Shown here one piece after another: positions 1 through 9,108 of a stretch of DNA of 48,087 nt. The stretch is from positions 1 through 48,087 of the forward strand of contig JBBCIV010000030.1 in NCBI GenBank assembly GCA_037189665.1, given 5' to 3'. The notes under the pieces were generated by a model that had not been told where the DNA came from, ran no database searches, and worked only from the letters and a program-made list of their open reading frames with translations. The DNA comes from Phycisphaerae bacterium (GTDB taxonomy: Bacteria; Planctomycetota; Phycisphaerae; Tepidisphaerales; Tepidisphaeraceae). The stretch's first letter is position 1, and every line of letters begins with the position of its first letter. A program made the translations under genes and the position numbers.

Positions 1-211
1 CGAAGATGGATCTCTTTGCGTCCTCTGTGTGGCTTTCCGCTCTTCGCGTTCATCATTCCGTAGCCATGCGGTAACGATTGGGTAACACAACTCGTCAAAC
101 CTATCGCAACCTTCGCGCCGATTGCACCAATCCCTTGCGCACGTGGCCGATGTTCTAGGGCAGAGATTCTGATGCTTCGTGGTGAGCTCGTCACGCAAGG
201 AGGCGAACGCG

Positions 212-2788
212 ATGCTCGATGGCTCTGCACCTGAGATGGCCTTGACCCCCGCCGATCTTCCCTCGCCGAAACGCGTCGATCTTCACGTCCACACGCTCGC
301 CAGCTCGAAGGCGGGCGAGGCGGCGCTGAAGGCGATCGATTGCCCGGAGTGCTACAGCGAGCCGGACGAGGTGGCGCGGCTTGCGCGGCTGCGGGGGATG
401 GATTTCGTCTGCATCACCGATCACGACACCATCGCCGGCGTCGCCTCGATCGCGGCGGGGGGCGATTCGCGGGTGATCGTTGGCGAGGAGGTGACCACTC
501 GCTTCCCTGAAGATAAGTGCTGCTTTCACCTGTTGGTCTACGGCATCGACGCCCGCCAGCACGAACGTTTGCAGTCGCTGCGAGACGACGTCTACGCCGT
601 CGCCGACTACATCGTCGCCGAGCGGATCGCGCATTCGGTGGCGCACCCGCTGTACCGCCAGAACGACCGGCTGACGCGCTGGCATCTCGAACGGCTGCTG
701 TTGCTTTTCAAAGGGTTTGAGGTGCTGAACGGCGCCCACAGCTCGCTGCATCGCGAGAGCATCGAGCCGGTGCTGAACAACCTGACGCGGCAATCGATCA
801 GCGACTTGGCCGACGCACACAAGCTCGTGCCGAAATGGCCGGAGCCGTGGTTCAAGGCCCGCACTGGCGGCAGCGACGATCACGGACTTCTGAACGTCGG
901 GCGGACGTGGACCGAGTTTCCGCACGACGTCGCGACGGTGGAAGACGTGCTGAACGGCCTGCGGACCGGCGCCTGCCAGGCGGGGGGCGAGGCGGGATCG
1001 TCGATCAAGCTGGCGCACCAGTTTTTCAGCGTCGGCGCGAAATACTACGGCCGGCAGATCGCGGGTGGGGCGGGGAAGCGAGAGGCGACGGACATGAGCG
1101 GCCTGCTCGTCTCCGCCCTCGTCGGCGACCGCTCGCGGCCGACATCGAAACTTACCCTGGCGCGGGCCGCTCTCCGCGCGCAGGCGGCAAAACTCACGCA
1201 GCGCGTGCGCTCGAGATGGGGGAAGAAGACAGGACTTCGTCCGCCGGGCGCCGCGCTGCTTTCGGATGTGTTCGCGGACGGCGTCCGCAAACGGCTGGAC
1301 GACTATCCCGCGTTCGCGGACCTGATGAAGCAGGGCATCGCGCCGCTGGCCGGGCATCGCGACGCGTTCTCGCTCTTGTCGGAGGTGAACCGCGATCTGT
1401 CCGAGGCGATCTTCGACGCCGCCCGCGACCGCCTGGCCGGCGGATCGCTGTTGGGCGTGTTCGACGCGGTGGCGCAGGTGGCGGCTCATCAATTCTTCCT
1501 GATGCCGTATTACTTCGCCCTGTTTCACCAGAACAAAGAGCGATCGATCATGCCCGACCTCGCCCGCGAGCGCCGCCGTCGCACCGCCGATACGCTGCGG
1601 GTCGGGCTGTTCACCGATACGCTCGACGACCTGAACGGCGTCGCCCGCTTCATCCGCGACATGGGCGAGCAGGCCGGCCTGCGCGATTACCACTTCACGA
1701 TCCACACCAGCGTCGCCGTTGAAAAGTTCGACGTCGCGTGCCGCGTCAACTTCAAGCCGTTGCTCTCGCGGCCGATGCCGTTCTACGACACGATTTCGCT
1801 CAACCTGCCGCCGGTGCTCGAGATCCTCGAGTTCGCCGACCGCCAGCAGTACGACGTCATCCATTGTTCCACGCCCGGCCCGATGGGCATGACCGGTTAT
1901 CTCGTCGCGAGGATGCTCCGCGCGCCGCTGGCCGGCACGTATCACACCGATTTTCCGAGCTACGTCGATCACCTCACCGGCGATCATCGCTTCACCGACG
2001 CCACCACCTGGTTCATGAAGTGGTTCTACGCCCGGATGCGGGCCGTTTTCAGCCGCTCGCAGGGGTATCGGTCGATCCTGAAGGGGTTTGGCTTGGGCGA
2101 CGAGCGGTTGAAGTCGATCGTGCCGGGCATCAACACCGACAAGTTCAACGCCGGCCGCAAGGTGGAGTCGCTGTATCACGATCTCGGCATCGCCGAACCG
2201 TACCGCCTGCTGTACGCCGGCCGGATCAGCGTGGAGAAAAACCTGCCGCTGCTCGTCGAAGCCTTCAAGATGATCTGCCGGCACCGCCGCGATATCGCGC
2301 TGGTGATCGCCGGCGAGGGCCCGTACGAGGCCGAGATGCGAAAGCAACTCGCCGGCCTGCCCGCACATTTCCAGGGCGCTCTCGGCGATAAGCAACTCGC
2401 GCCGCTCTACGCCGGGGCGGACCTGTTCGTCTTCCCCAGCCGCACCGATACGCTCGGGCAGGTGGTCATGGAAGCCCAGGCGTCCGGCCTGCCCGCAATC
2501 GTCTCCGACGAAGGGGGCCCGAAGGAGATCGTCGACGACGACCTGACCGGCATCGTTCTCCCCGCGACTGACGCGATGCTGTGGGCGGGCGCGATCGAAG
2601 AGCTGATCGACGACCACGACCGCCGCCACCGCTACGGCCGGATCGCCATCACGCGGTCGGCGCGGTATTCGCTGTCGAACACGTTTGACGCGTTTTGGGG
2701 TGAGCATCTGAACCTCGTCGAGCCGGGCGAGCAGGGCACGCATCCGGCCACGTCGATGCGACCTGCTGTCGAACCGCTTTCCGTGTAG
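212..2788 (+). CDS. PHP (polymerase/histidinol-phosphatase) domain fused to a GT-B family 4 glycosyltransferase (~858 aa)
   Basis: N-terminus carries the PHP metal-binding motif DLHVHTLASS...ITDHD. C-terminal half has Glycos_transf_1 motifs (GRISVEKNLPLL, FVFPSRTDTLGQVVMEAQASGLPAIVSD). Start moved to ATG 212, preceded by AAGGAGG at 196-202; the track ORF begins at an in-frame GTG at 179. Confidence 0.75.
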   Translation: MLDGSAPEMALTPADLPSPKRVDLHVHTLASSKAGEAALKAIDCPECYSEPDEVARLARLRGMDFVCITDHDTIAGVASIAAGGDSRVIVGEEVTTRFPEDKCCFHLLVYGIDARQHERLQSLRDDVYAVADYIVAERIAHSVAHPLYRQNDRLTRWHLERLLLLFKGFEVLNGAHSSLHRESIEPVLNNLTRQSISDLADAHKLVPKWPEPWFKARTGGSDDHGLLNVGRTWTEFPHDVATVEDVLNGLRTGACQAGGEAGSSIKLAHQFFSVGAKYYGRQIAGGAGKREATDMSGLLVSALVGDRSRPTSKLTLARAALRAQAAKLTQRVRSRWGKKTGLRPPGAALLSDVFADGVRKRLDDYPAFADLMKQGIAPLAGHRDAFSLLSEVNRDLSEAIFDAARDRLAGGSLLGVFDAVAQVAAHQFFLMPYYFALFHQNKERSIMPDLARERRRRTADTLRVGLFTDTLDDLNGVARFIRDMGEQAGLRDYHFTIHTSVAVEKFDVACRVNFKPLLSRPMPFYDTISLNLPPVLEILEFADRQQYDVIHCSTPGPMGMTGYLVARMLRAPLAGTYHTDFPSYVDHLTGDHRFTDATTWFMKWFYARMRAVFSRSQGYRSILKGFGLGDERLKSIVPGINTDKFNAGRKVESLYHDLGIAEPYRLLYAGRISVEKNLPLLVEAFKMICRHRRDIALVIAGEGPYEAEMRKQLAGLPAHFQGALGDKQLAPLYAGADLFVFPSRTDTLGQVVMEAQASGLPAIVSDEGGPKEIVDDDLTGIVLPATDAMLWAGAIEELIDDHDRRHRYGRIAITRSARYSLSNTFDAFWGEHLNLVEPGEQGTHPATSMRPAVEPLSV

Positions 2789-2903
2789 ATGCGGCGCCTT
2801 CGCGACGGTGCCGTCCGATCAACAACAGGATGAAATCTCGCCCTTGCCCGGCCGGCGGTGCTATGATCGGCCAACACATTTCTTCTGCGGAAAGGGAACG
2901 GCT

Positions 2904-3542
2904 ATGAGAGGAACGATTTCGTTGATTGGCGTGATGTCGATGCTTGCGTTGGCGGCGGGCTGTCAGACCGATCCGGGGCGGGATCGCAGCAAGGCGACGG
3001 TGAACACGATCCAGGGCACGCGGGCGGAGATGGCGGCGGGGATCGGGGAGATCGAGGCGGTACAGGCGACGCTCATCGCGTTCCAGAACGCCGCCGGCGA
3101 TCAGTCGAAACTGTACGACACCTATAAGAAGCAGGTCGCCGCCGTCGAGGCGCGGGGCACGCGCGTGGCGGCGGAGGCGGACAACATGTCGCGCCGGTCG
3201 CAGGAATACCGCGATGCCTGGCGCGAAGAGGCGGGCCAGATCAGCGATCCGGCGCTTCGCGAGGCCGCCCAGGCCCGAGCGGCGACCGTGAACGACCGTT
3301 TTCAGGGTATTTTCGAGAAATATCGCACTGCAAAAGATGCCTATCGCCCGTTCGTCACCCAGTTGAAGGACGTGCAGAAATACCTTTCCAATGACCTGAC
3401 CGCCGCCGGCGTGAAGGCGGCGACGCCGACGTTGAAGGAGGCGGTGAAGCTTGGCGACGAACTGAAGGTGAAGACGCAGGCCGTCATCTCCGAACTCGAT
3501 ACCGCCGCCACCCGATTGACGCCCGCGATCGTGCCGCAATAG
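2904..3542 (+). CDS. Hypothetical lipoprotein, predicted alpha-helical
   Basis: Internal ATG at 2904 gives MRGTISLIGVMSMLALAAGC, a signal peptide with lipobox LAAGC. The rest is Ala/Glu/Lys-rich helical sequence. The antisense 380-aa ORF is low-complexity Arg/Gly. Confidence 0.6.
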   Translation: MRGTISLIGVMSMLALAAGCQTDPGRDRSKATVNTIQGTRAEMAAGIGEIEAVQATLIAFQNAAGDQSKLYDTYKKQVAAVEARGTRVAAEADNMSRRSQEYRDAWREEAGQISDPALREAAQARAATVNDRFQGIFEKYRTAKDAYRPFVTQLKDVQKYLSNDLTAAGVKAATPTLKEAVKLGDELKVKTQAVISELDTAATRLTPAIVPQ

Positions 3543-3613
3543 CACGGCCACGATTTTACCGCCGCTTTTCCCGAACGACGGCGGTACAAGTGAGGCTTCG
3601 CGCCGCAAAGCCG

Positions 3614-3646
3614 TCTCGGTCATTCCGACCGAGAGGAAGATTTTCG
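3614..3646 (+). terminator. Putative intrinsic terminator after lipoprotein gene
   Basis: 8-bp stem tctcggtc/gaccgaga with a 5-nt loop, followed by ggaagATTTTCg. Confidence 0.35.
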
Positions 3647-4001
3647 CGGAAGGGCGGGAGCAGCGAGTGATGATGTTATTTGAACAAACGAACCCAACTG
3701 TCATTTTGACAGGGGTATTCCTGCGAAGAGATGCCGCGCGGGCGATTTTGCCAAACGAACCCAATTCGGTTGCAAAGTATTGTTTGATCATTGGTTACGA
3801 GATGAGAAGTGTGAGGGCTTGCCGTGCGGACTGGCTTGCCGAATGGTTCGCACGGCGAACCCTGCGCGGGTCGTGGAGTTGATCGTGTGCTCCTGCGTTG
3901 GCGCGGGCCGAATGAAAGGAGGGCGCGTGAACGCGACCCGGGGCGAGGATCGTTAGTTCCGCTCTGTTGATAATCGGTCGTGTTCCCAACTCCCCAATTT
4001 G

Positions 4002-4028
4002 TTGACACTTAGGAAGGCCGCTTTTAAT
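4002..4028 (+). promoter_or_regulatory. Sigma70-like promoter candidate (TTGACA -N15/16- TTTAAT) upstream of the HEAT-repeat gene
   Basis: TTGACA at ~4002-4007 and TTTAAT at ~4023-4028, ~65 nt upstream of ATG 4094. GGAGG RBS at 4081-4085. Confidence 0.3.
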
Positions 4029-4093
4029 GTGGCGGACAATTGCGGCGGAGTAGACTTTACTGCTTTTGCAGCACACCCTTGGAGGCTCGCAAC

Positions 4094-6304
4094 ATGATTC
4101 GTCTCGCACCCTCGATCGTGGCCGCTCAGCTGCGGGCCGCGGCGATCGGATTTTCCCTCCCCGTTTCGCTCGCGTTGCCCTTAACCCTTATCAATACAGG
4201 TGTTGTCAACGCACAGGACGCCGCTGCCGCTGACCCGGTAGTCAAGGCGGTCGAAGATTTCTGGCATTACGGCAAGATCGCCCGTTATGACCTCGCCGGC
4301 ACGAAGGCCGACGAGATCACCTCTGCCGGCGCGACGCCGACCGCGGTGCTCGAAGCGTTCGAGAAGGTCGCCGCCGATCGTGGCGACAACCTCGACGACT
4401 GGCTCATCCGCTGGCAGGGCGTCGAGGCCATCAAGGACAAGGCCGACGCGCTCGCCAAGCTGTTGAACGAAGGCCGGTTTGAGCGTCGCGCCAACCCCGA
4501 GTACATCCTCAAGCAGATCGAACGCCTGCCCGGCGGCGATCGGCCGTACCGGCTGGCGATGACGCAGCTCCGCGAGAGCGGCGAGCTGGCGGTGCCGTTC
4601 CTGGTGGAAGTGCTTCGCGATCCGGCGAAGATGTCGCAGCACGGCACGGCCCGACGGGCGATCGTCGAGCTGGGGCGTCTGTCTCTGAACCCGCTTGTCG
4701 CCGCGACCGAATCGACCGATCCGGAAACGCTCCAGGCGGTCGCGTCGCTGCTGGGCGACATCGGCTACGACGCCGCGACGCCATACCTTCAGCGGCTGGT
4801 CGAAACCTCGACCGTCGATACCGTCAAGACCGCTGCCTCCGAGGCGCTCGTCAAGCTCGGCGGCGCCAAGGGCACCGCGGGCAACCTGTTCTACGACCTG
4901 TCAGAAAAGCTGTACTACGGCAAGTCGTCGCTCACCGCCGACGCCCGCTTCCCGACCGCGAATATCTGGAAGTACGACGCCGCCGCCAAGGGCTTCACCC
5001 GCACCGCCGTGCCGCAGGCGATCTTCAACGACATCATGGCGATGCGTGCCAGCGAGTACGCGTTGTCGCTCAACACCGACAGGGACGCGCTGAGCCTCTG
5101 GCTTGCCGCCAACTTCAAGCGTGAAGCCGACCTGCCCGAAGGCGAGGCCGACAAGACCCGCGCCGAAGGCCAGCCGGTCGCCCACTACTACGGCGTGACC
5201 GCCGGCGCTCAATACCTGAACGCCGCGCTCGCCCGCGCCCTGAACGACGGAAACTCCGCCGTCGCGCTCAAGGCGGTAAAGTCGCTTCAGGACATCGTCG
5301 GCGACGCGAACTTCAAGTCGAACGAATCGACGACCCCGCTCATCGCCGCGATGCAGTACGGCGACCGCCGCGTGCGGTTTGAGGCGGCGTTCACGCTGGC
5401 GCAGGCGCTCCCGCAAAGCCCGTTCACCGGGCAGGAACTGGTCGTCCCGCTGCTCGCCGAGGCCGTCTCGCAGACGGGCCAGCCGAGCGTGCTGGTCGTC
5501 ATGCCGACGCAGGAGGCCGTCAACGCGATCGTCGAGCCGCTGAAGGCCGAAAGCTACATCGCCTCCGGCGCCACCAGCGCCGCCGGCGCCCTGTCCGCCG
5601 CCGCGGCGGTGCCGGCGATCGACGTGGTCGTGATCTCCGAAGAGCTCGCCTCGCCTGAAATCGAATCGCTGCTGGGCCTCATCGCCCAGTCGCCGAAGGT
5701 TCGCGGGGCGGGCAAGCTGTTCCTGGTCAAGAGCCAGGCCAGCCAGTGGGAAACCCGCAAGGTCAGCGACAAGACGATCAGCACCTCCATCGCCACCGAC
5801 ACCGCCGGCATCAAGACGGCGATCCAGTCGTCGCGCGAGGCCTCCGGCGCGTTGCCGCTCGACCCGGCGCTGGCGACCGAGTACGCCACCCGCGCCGGCG
5901 AACTGATCAAGCGCCTGGCGATCTCGCGCGGCCAGGTCCTCGACCTGACGCCCGCCCGCTCGACGCTTCTGGGCGCGCTTGAAGATTCCCGCTCGGAGAT
6001 CGTCAAGCTCGCCGGCGAAGGCTTGGCGCTGCTCAACAGCGAGGACGCCCAGCGCGGCCTGCTGATCAAGAGCACCACCGAAGGCGTGGCCGACGACGTG
6101 AAGGTCAGCCTCTTCAAATCGCTCGCCACCAGCGCCAAGTTCTGGGGCAACAGGCTTGAGGCGGCGCAGGTCGAGGCGCTCGACAACGTCGTCAAGACCG
6201 CCACCAACGCCGACGTCAAAAACGCGTCGGCCGAGGCGCGCGGGGCGCTCAACCTTCCGAGCAATCAGGCGCGCACGCTGATTCTTGAACAGTCGCAAAA
6301 GTAA
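4094..6304 (+). CDS. Secreted HEAT/PBS-lyase-like repeat protein (~736 aa)
   Basis: ATG 4094 after a GGAGG RBS. N-terminal signal peptide MIRLAPSIVAAQLRAAAIGFSLPVSLALPLTLINTGVVNAQDA. Repeated helical-pair motifs (AVPFLVEVLRDP..., AVASLLGDIGYDAATPYLQRLVE..., DRRVRFEAAFTLAQAL). Confidence 0.65.
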   Translation: MIRLAPSIVAAQLRAAAIGFSLPVSLALPLTLINTGVVNAQDAAAADPVVKAVEDFWHYGKIARYDLAGTKADEITSAGATPTAVLEAFEKVAADRGDNLDDWLIRWQGVEAIKDKADALAKLLNEGRFERRANPEYILKQIERLPGGDRPYRLAMTQLRESGELAVPFLVEVLRDPAKMSQHGTARRAIVELGRLSLNPLVAATESTDPETLQAVASLLGDIGYDAATPYLQRLVETSTVDTVKTAASEALVKLGGAKGTAGNLFYDLSEKLYYGKSSLTADARFPTANIWKYDAAAKGFTRTAVPQAIFNDIMAMRASEYALSLNTDRDALSLWLAANFKREADLPEGEADKTRAEGQPVAHYYGVTAGAQYLNAALARALNDGNSAVALKAVKSLQDIVGDANFKSNESTTPLIAAMQYGDRRVRFEAAFTLAQALPQSPFTGQELVVPLLAEAVSQTGQPSVLVVMPTQEAVNAIVEPLKAESYIASGATSAAGALSAAAAVPAIDVVVISEELASPEIESLLGLIAQSPKVRGAGKLFLVKSQASQWETRKVSDKTISTSIATDTAGIKTAIQSSREASGALPLDPALATEYATRAGELIKRLAISRGQVLDLTPARSTLLGALEDSRSEIVKLAGEGLALLNSEDAQRGLLIKSTTEGVADDVKVSLFKSLATSAKFWGNRLEAAQVEALDNVVKTATNADVKNASAEARGALNLPSNQARTLILEQSQK

Positions 6305-6332
6305 CGTTGCACGACGACGACGCTGAGCAACG

Positions 6333-6370
6333 AAACCCCGCGACTTCGATAGTCGCGGGGTTTTAGTTTT
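6333..6370 (+). terminator. Rho-independent terminator
   Basis: aaaCCCCGCGAC-ttcgata-GTCGCGGGGtttt agtttt, 29 nt after the TAA at 6302-6304. Confidence 0.6.
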
Positions 6371-6417
6371 ATGATCGAGGGGGAATTGGCCGCGGAGACG
6401 CAGGGACGCGGAGGAAG

Positions 6418-6615
6418 AGAGGGAAGAATTAGCCACAGATGGGGCACCGATGTGCACCGATGAATACGGAACTGTCTGGAATCGCGGGCGTCAATGCATT
6501 TCTCCCAGTAGGGGCCAGGCATGCGTCGCCCCCACTGGGGTTCAGGCCGTATAAGCCACCCAATGCGCATTGCATCGGCGCACGTCGGTGTTCCATCTGT
6601 GGCTAATTCCTCCGT
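6418..6615. repeat. ~190-bp intergenic element bounded by ~40-bp imperfect terminal inverted repeats (MITE-like or structured RNA)
   Basis: Left arm gaaGAATTAGCCACAGATGGggCACCGAtGTGCaCCGATG (6423-6462). Right arm CATCGGcGCACgTCGGTGttCCATCTGTGGCTAATTCctc (6573-6612) is its reverse complement with 4 mismatches. Interior carries the direct repeats cccagtagggg / cccactgggg. Confidence 0.4.
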
Positions 6616-6624
6616 CTTTTCTCC

Positions 6625-8064
6625 ATGCCCCTGTGTCTCTGTGGCCGGTTCCCTCCGCAAGGAACCGCCGTGGAGATTCGAAACGAGACGACCGCACCGA
6701 TCCTGCGGCCGCTGGTGCTGCTGGCGCTGCCAGTGCTGGCGGAACACGCGCTGCACATCCTGGTGGGGATGACCGACACCTACCTGGCGAACAACCTCGT
6801 CGATACGCGCGGCCTCTCCGGCGTGGCGCTTGACGCCGCGCACGAGACGAACGCCGCCGCCGGAGCGGCGGTGGGGTCGATCACGTATATCCTGTGGTTC
6901 GTCGGGCTGATCGTCTCGGCGATCGGCACGGGCGCGACTGCGATCATCGCCCGTGCCATCGGGGCGCGTCATCGACGGCTGGCGAACAAGGTGTGCGGGC
7001 AGGCGATCTTCGCCGCCGCGATCGCCGGCGTGGGGCTTGGCGCATTCATGTGGCTGGCGGCGCGTCCGCTGGCGAACTTCACCGATCTCAGGCCCGAGGC
7101 GGCGGCGTACTTCGCGCAGTACATCCGATTCCTCGCCTTCGGCGCGCCGCTGGCGGTGATCATGTTCACCGCCAACGCCTGCCTGCGCGGCGCAGGCGAT
7201 ACCGTCACGCCGGCGATCGCCATGATGACGGTGGACCTCGTGAACCTCGTCGTCTCGGCCTCGCTGGTGTGGGGCCTGCTGGGCATGCCGGCGCTGGGGT
7301 TCAAGGGCATCGCGATCGGCACGACCTGCGCTTACGTGGCAGGCGGGCTGCTGCAACTCGCCGTGCTGATGGTCGGGCGCGGCGGGATCCGGCTGTTCGT
7401 CCACCGGCTGCGTCCCGAGTGGCTGACGCTCAAACGCATCCTCCGCATCGGCATCCCGTCCGGCAGCGAAGGGCTTTTGATGTGGATCGGCAACTTCGCC
7501 GTGCTGAAGGTGGTGAACGAACTGGGCAACATCCCCGCCACGGCCCACAACCTCGCGATCCGCATCGAATCGCTCAGCTACATGAGCGGTTTCGCGGTGG
7601 CGATGGCGGTCGCGACGATGGTGGGGCAGTCGCTTGGCGCAAACGCCCCGGCACGAGCCCGGCGGTTCGCACTCGTGGGCTACGGGATCGGCGGCGGAAT
7701 GATGACGCTGCTGGGCGTGCTGTACGTGCTGGCCGGCGGACATCTGGCGGCGTTCTTCACGGATGACCCGGAAGTCATCCGAAACGCGGCGTGGTGTCTG
7801 TTCCTCACCGGCTTTATCCAGGCCTGCTTCGCGGCGGCGATCGTGTTCGGGTCGGCGTTGCGCGGCGCGGGCGATACCAAGTGGGTGATGATCCTCAACC
7901 TCGCCAGCATCCTTGGGCTGCGGTGCGCGGGCGTGTACGTCGTCGGCAAGTTCGGCGGCACGTTGCCGGTGGTGTGGATGGTGCTGTGCGGCGAGCTCGT
8001 CCTTCGCGGCGGGCTGATGTTCGCGCGGTTCGCCACCGGACGCTGGATGCACGTGAAGGTGTAG
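6625..8064 (+). CDS. MATE family multidrug/oligosaccharide efflux transporter
   Basis: Twelve hydrophobic segments. MATE-like N-terminus (ILRPLVLLALPVLAEHALHILVGMTDTYLA). Internal duplication typical of MATE (GAGDT appears twice). Start uncertain: ATG 6625 or GTG 6670. Confidence 0.8.
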   Translation: MPLCLCGRFPPQGTAVEIRNETTAPILRPLVLLALPVLAEHALHILVGMTDTYLANNLVDTRGLSGVALDAAHETNAAAGAAVGSITYILWFVGLIVSAIGTGATAIIARAIGARHRRLANKVCGQAIFAAAIAGVGLGAFMWLAARPLANFTDLRPEAAAYFAQYIRFLAFGAPLAVIMFTANACLRGAGDTVTPAIAMMTVDLVNLVVSASLVWGLLGMPALGFKGIAIGTTCAYVAGGLLQLAVLMVGRGGIRLFVHRLRPEWLTLKRILRIGIPSGSEGLLMWIGNFAVLKVVNELGNIPATAHNLAIRIESLSYMSGFAVAMAVATMVGQSLGANAPARARRFALVGYGIGGGMMTLLGVLYVLAGGHLAAFFTDDPEVIRNAAWCLFLTGFIQACFAAAIVFGSALRGAGDTKWVMILNLASILGLRCAGVYVVGKFGGTLPVVWMVLCGELVLRGGLMFARFATGRWMHVKV

Positions 8065-8111
8065 ACCGCGCCGCGCCTTCCCCGCCTGTTTATCCGGCCT
8101 ATGATGCAGGC

Positions 8112-8516
8112 ATGTCGCTCCGAAACCTCGACGTCGAATCCGTCCTTCGCCGCCTCGCCGACAAGCGGGTGGAGGACGCGATGGCGGAGGGGAAGTTCGA
8201 CAGCCTGCCGGGCAAAGGCGAGCCCGTCGAGATCGAGGAAACGCCCGCGGACGAGAAGGCCAAGGCGCTCTGGTGGGCGCTGAAACTGATGAAGCAGAAC
8301 GACTTCATCCCTGACGAAGTCCGTTACCGCAAGATGATCGACAAGCTCAAAGGCGAACTGGCGGCCACGCGCGACGCTCGGCTCATCCGTTCGCTGTGCG
8401 GACAGATCAACCGCTTCGTCCACAAGCTCAACACGATGGGCACCAACGCGATCGCCAGCCATGTCGCGCCCGTGGACGTGGAGGCGGAACTGACTCGAGT
8501 TCAGGCCGGGTCGTAG
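8112..8516 (+). CDS. DUF1992 (DnaJ-homolog subfamily C28-like) domain protein
   Basis: MSLRNLDVESVLRRLADKRVEDAMAEGKFDSLPGKGEPVEIEETPAD...FIPDE matches the conserved DUF1992 N-terminal pattern. The track ORF (7791) is an in-frame extension overlapping the MATE gene. Confidence 0.6.
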   Translation: MSLRNLDVESVLRRLADKRVEDAMAEGKFDSLPGKGEPVEIEETPADEKAKALWWALKLMKQNDFIPDEVRYRKMIDKLKGELAATRDARLIRSLCGQINRFVHKLNTMGTNAIASHVAPVDVEAELTRVQAGS

Positions 8517-8743
8517 CCTTTTCCGCCCAGCGGATGGCACCGCGACAGCCGGCGGACGGTTTTCAGGCCGCCTTTCCAGGCGCCGTATTTGGTAACGGCG
8601 TCGATCGCGTACTGGCTGCACGTCGGCTGGAACCGGCAGTGCCCGCCCATCAGCGGCCCGAGGGTGATTCGATAGAGCCAGACCAGCCCGATCAACCCTC
8701 GCTGGGCGATGTTGCGTTGCGGCGATGGAGCTTGGTCAGGCAT
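8501..8743 (-). CDS. yidD: Membrane protein insertion efficiency factor YidD
   Basis: 80 aa with CRFQPTCSQYAIDAVTKYGAWKGGLKTVRRLSRCHPLGGKGYDP, the canonical YidD cysteine/HPxGG-DP signature. Confidence 0.85.
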   Translation of the reverse strand: MPDQAPSPQRNIAQRGLIGLVWLYRITLGPLMGGHCRFQPTCSQYAIDAVTKYGAWKGGLKTVRRLSRCHPLGGKGYDPA

Positions 8744-9108
8744 CGGCTTTTCAGATTCGCAAGCGACTTTCGATAGCTCGTCAGCGGCATCGCGTCATGC
8801 GGGCGGACCAGCACCACCACATCATACGTCGCCGGCCAACCGTTGCGGAGGGCGCGGAAGGCTTCGCGGAGGAGCCGCTTGATGCGATTCCGCTTCACCG
8901 CGTTCCCGACCGGCCGGCCGATGGAGATACCGAGACGGGAACGCCCAACGCCGGCGGGGCTAGGCGCGATCGACATGCCGATCGGCCCATCCCAGGCCCG
9001 GAGGTTTTGATCGAGGATTCGCTTGAACGTCCCGCGACCGCCCAATCTCCCTGTGCCTTGAGGGAGAGGAGCAGGCTGGGAAGGAGACTTGGAAGGATCG
9101 ACAGACAT
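8692..9108 (-). CDS. rnpA: Ribonuclease P protein component
   Basis: GRPVGNAVKRNRIKRLLREAFR matches the RnpA RNR-motif. Overlaps yidD in the classic rnpA-yidD arrangement. Confidence 0.8.
   Translation of the reverse strand: MSVDPSKSPSQPAPLPQGTGRLGGRGTFKRILDQNLRAWDGPIGMSIAPSPAGVGRSRLGISIGRPVGNAVKRNRIKRLLREAFRALRNGWPATYDVVVLVRPHDAMPLTSYRKSLANLKSRCLTKLHRRNATSPSEG

Noticed and set aside
191-2743. 850-aa minus-strand ORF antisense to the PHP-GT gene
   Set aside because: Translation is Arg/Ala/Gly/Pro low-complexity with no motifs. It is a typical stop-codon-poor antisense frame in high-GC DNA. The plus-strand frame has clear PHP and GT motifs.
2649-3791. 380-aa minus ORF overlapping the lipoprotein gene and intergenic region
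   Set aside because: Poly-Arg/Gly composition. It spans a region with terminator-like hairpins. The plus-strand lipoprotein is better supported.
4901-8052. Long minus-strand ORFs (4901..6457, 6265..8052) antisense to the HEAT-repeat and MATE genes
   Set aside because: Low-complexity Arg/Gly/Asp-rich translations. Sense frames carry a signal peptide and HEAT repeats, and 12-TM MATE features.
7791-8111. N-terminal extension of the DUF1992 ORF back to 7791
   Set aside because: The extension overlaps the MATE gene in another frame and is Arg/Gly-rich. The conserved domain starts at MSLRNL (ATG 8112).
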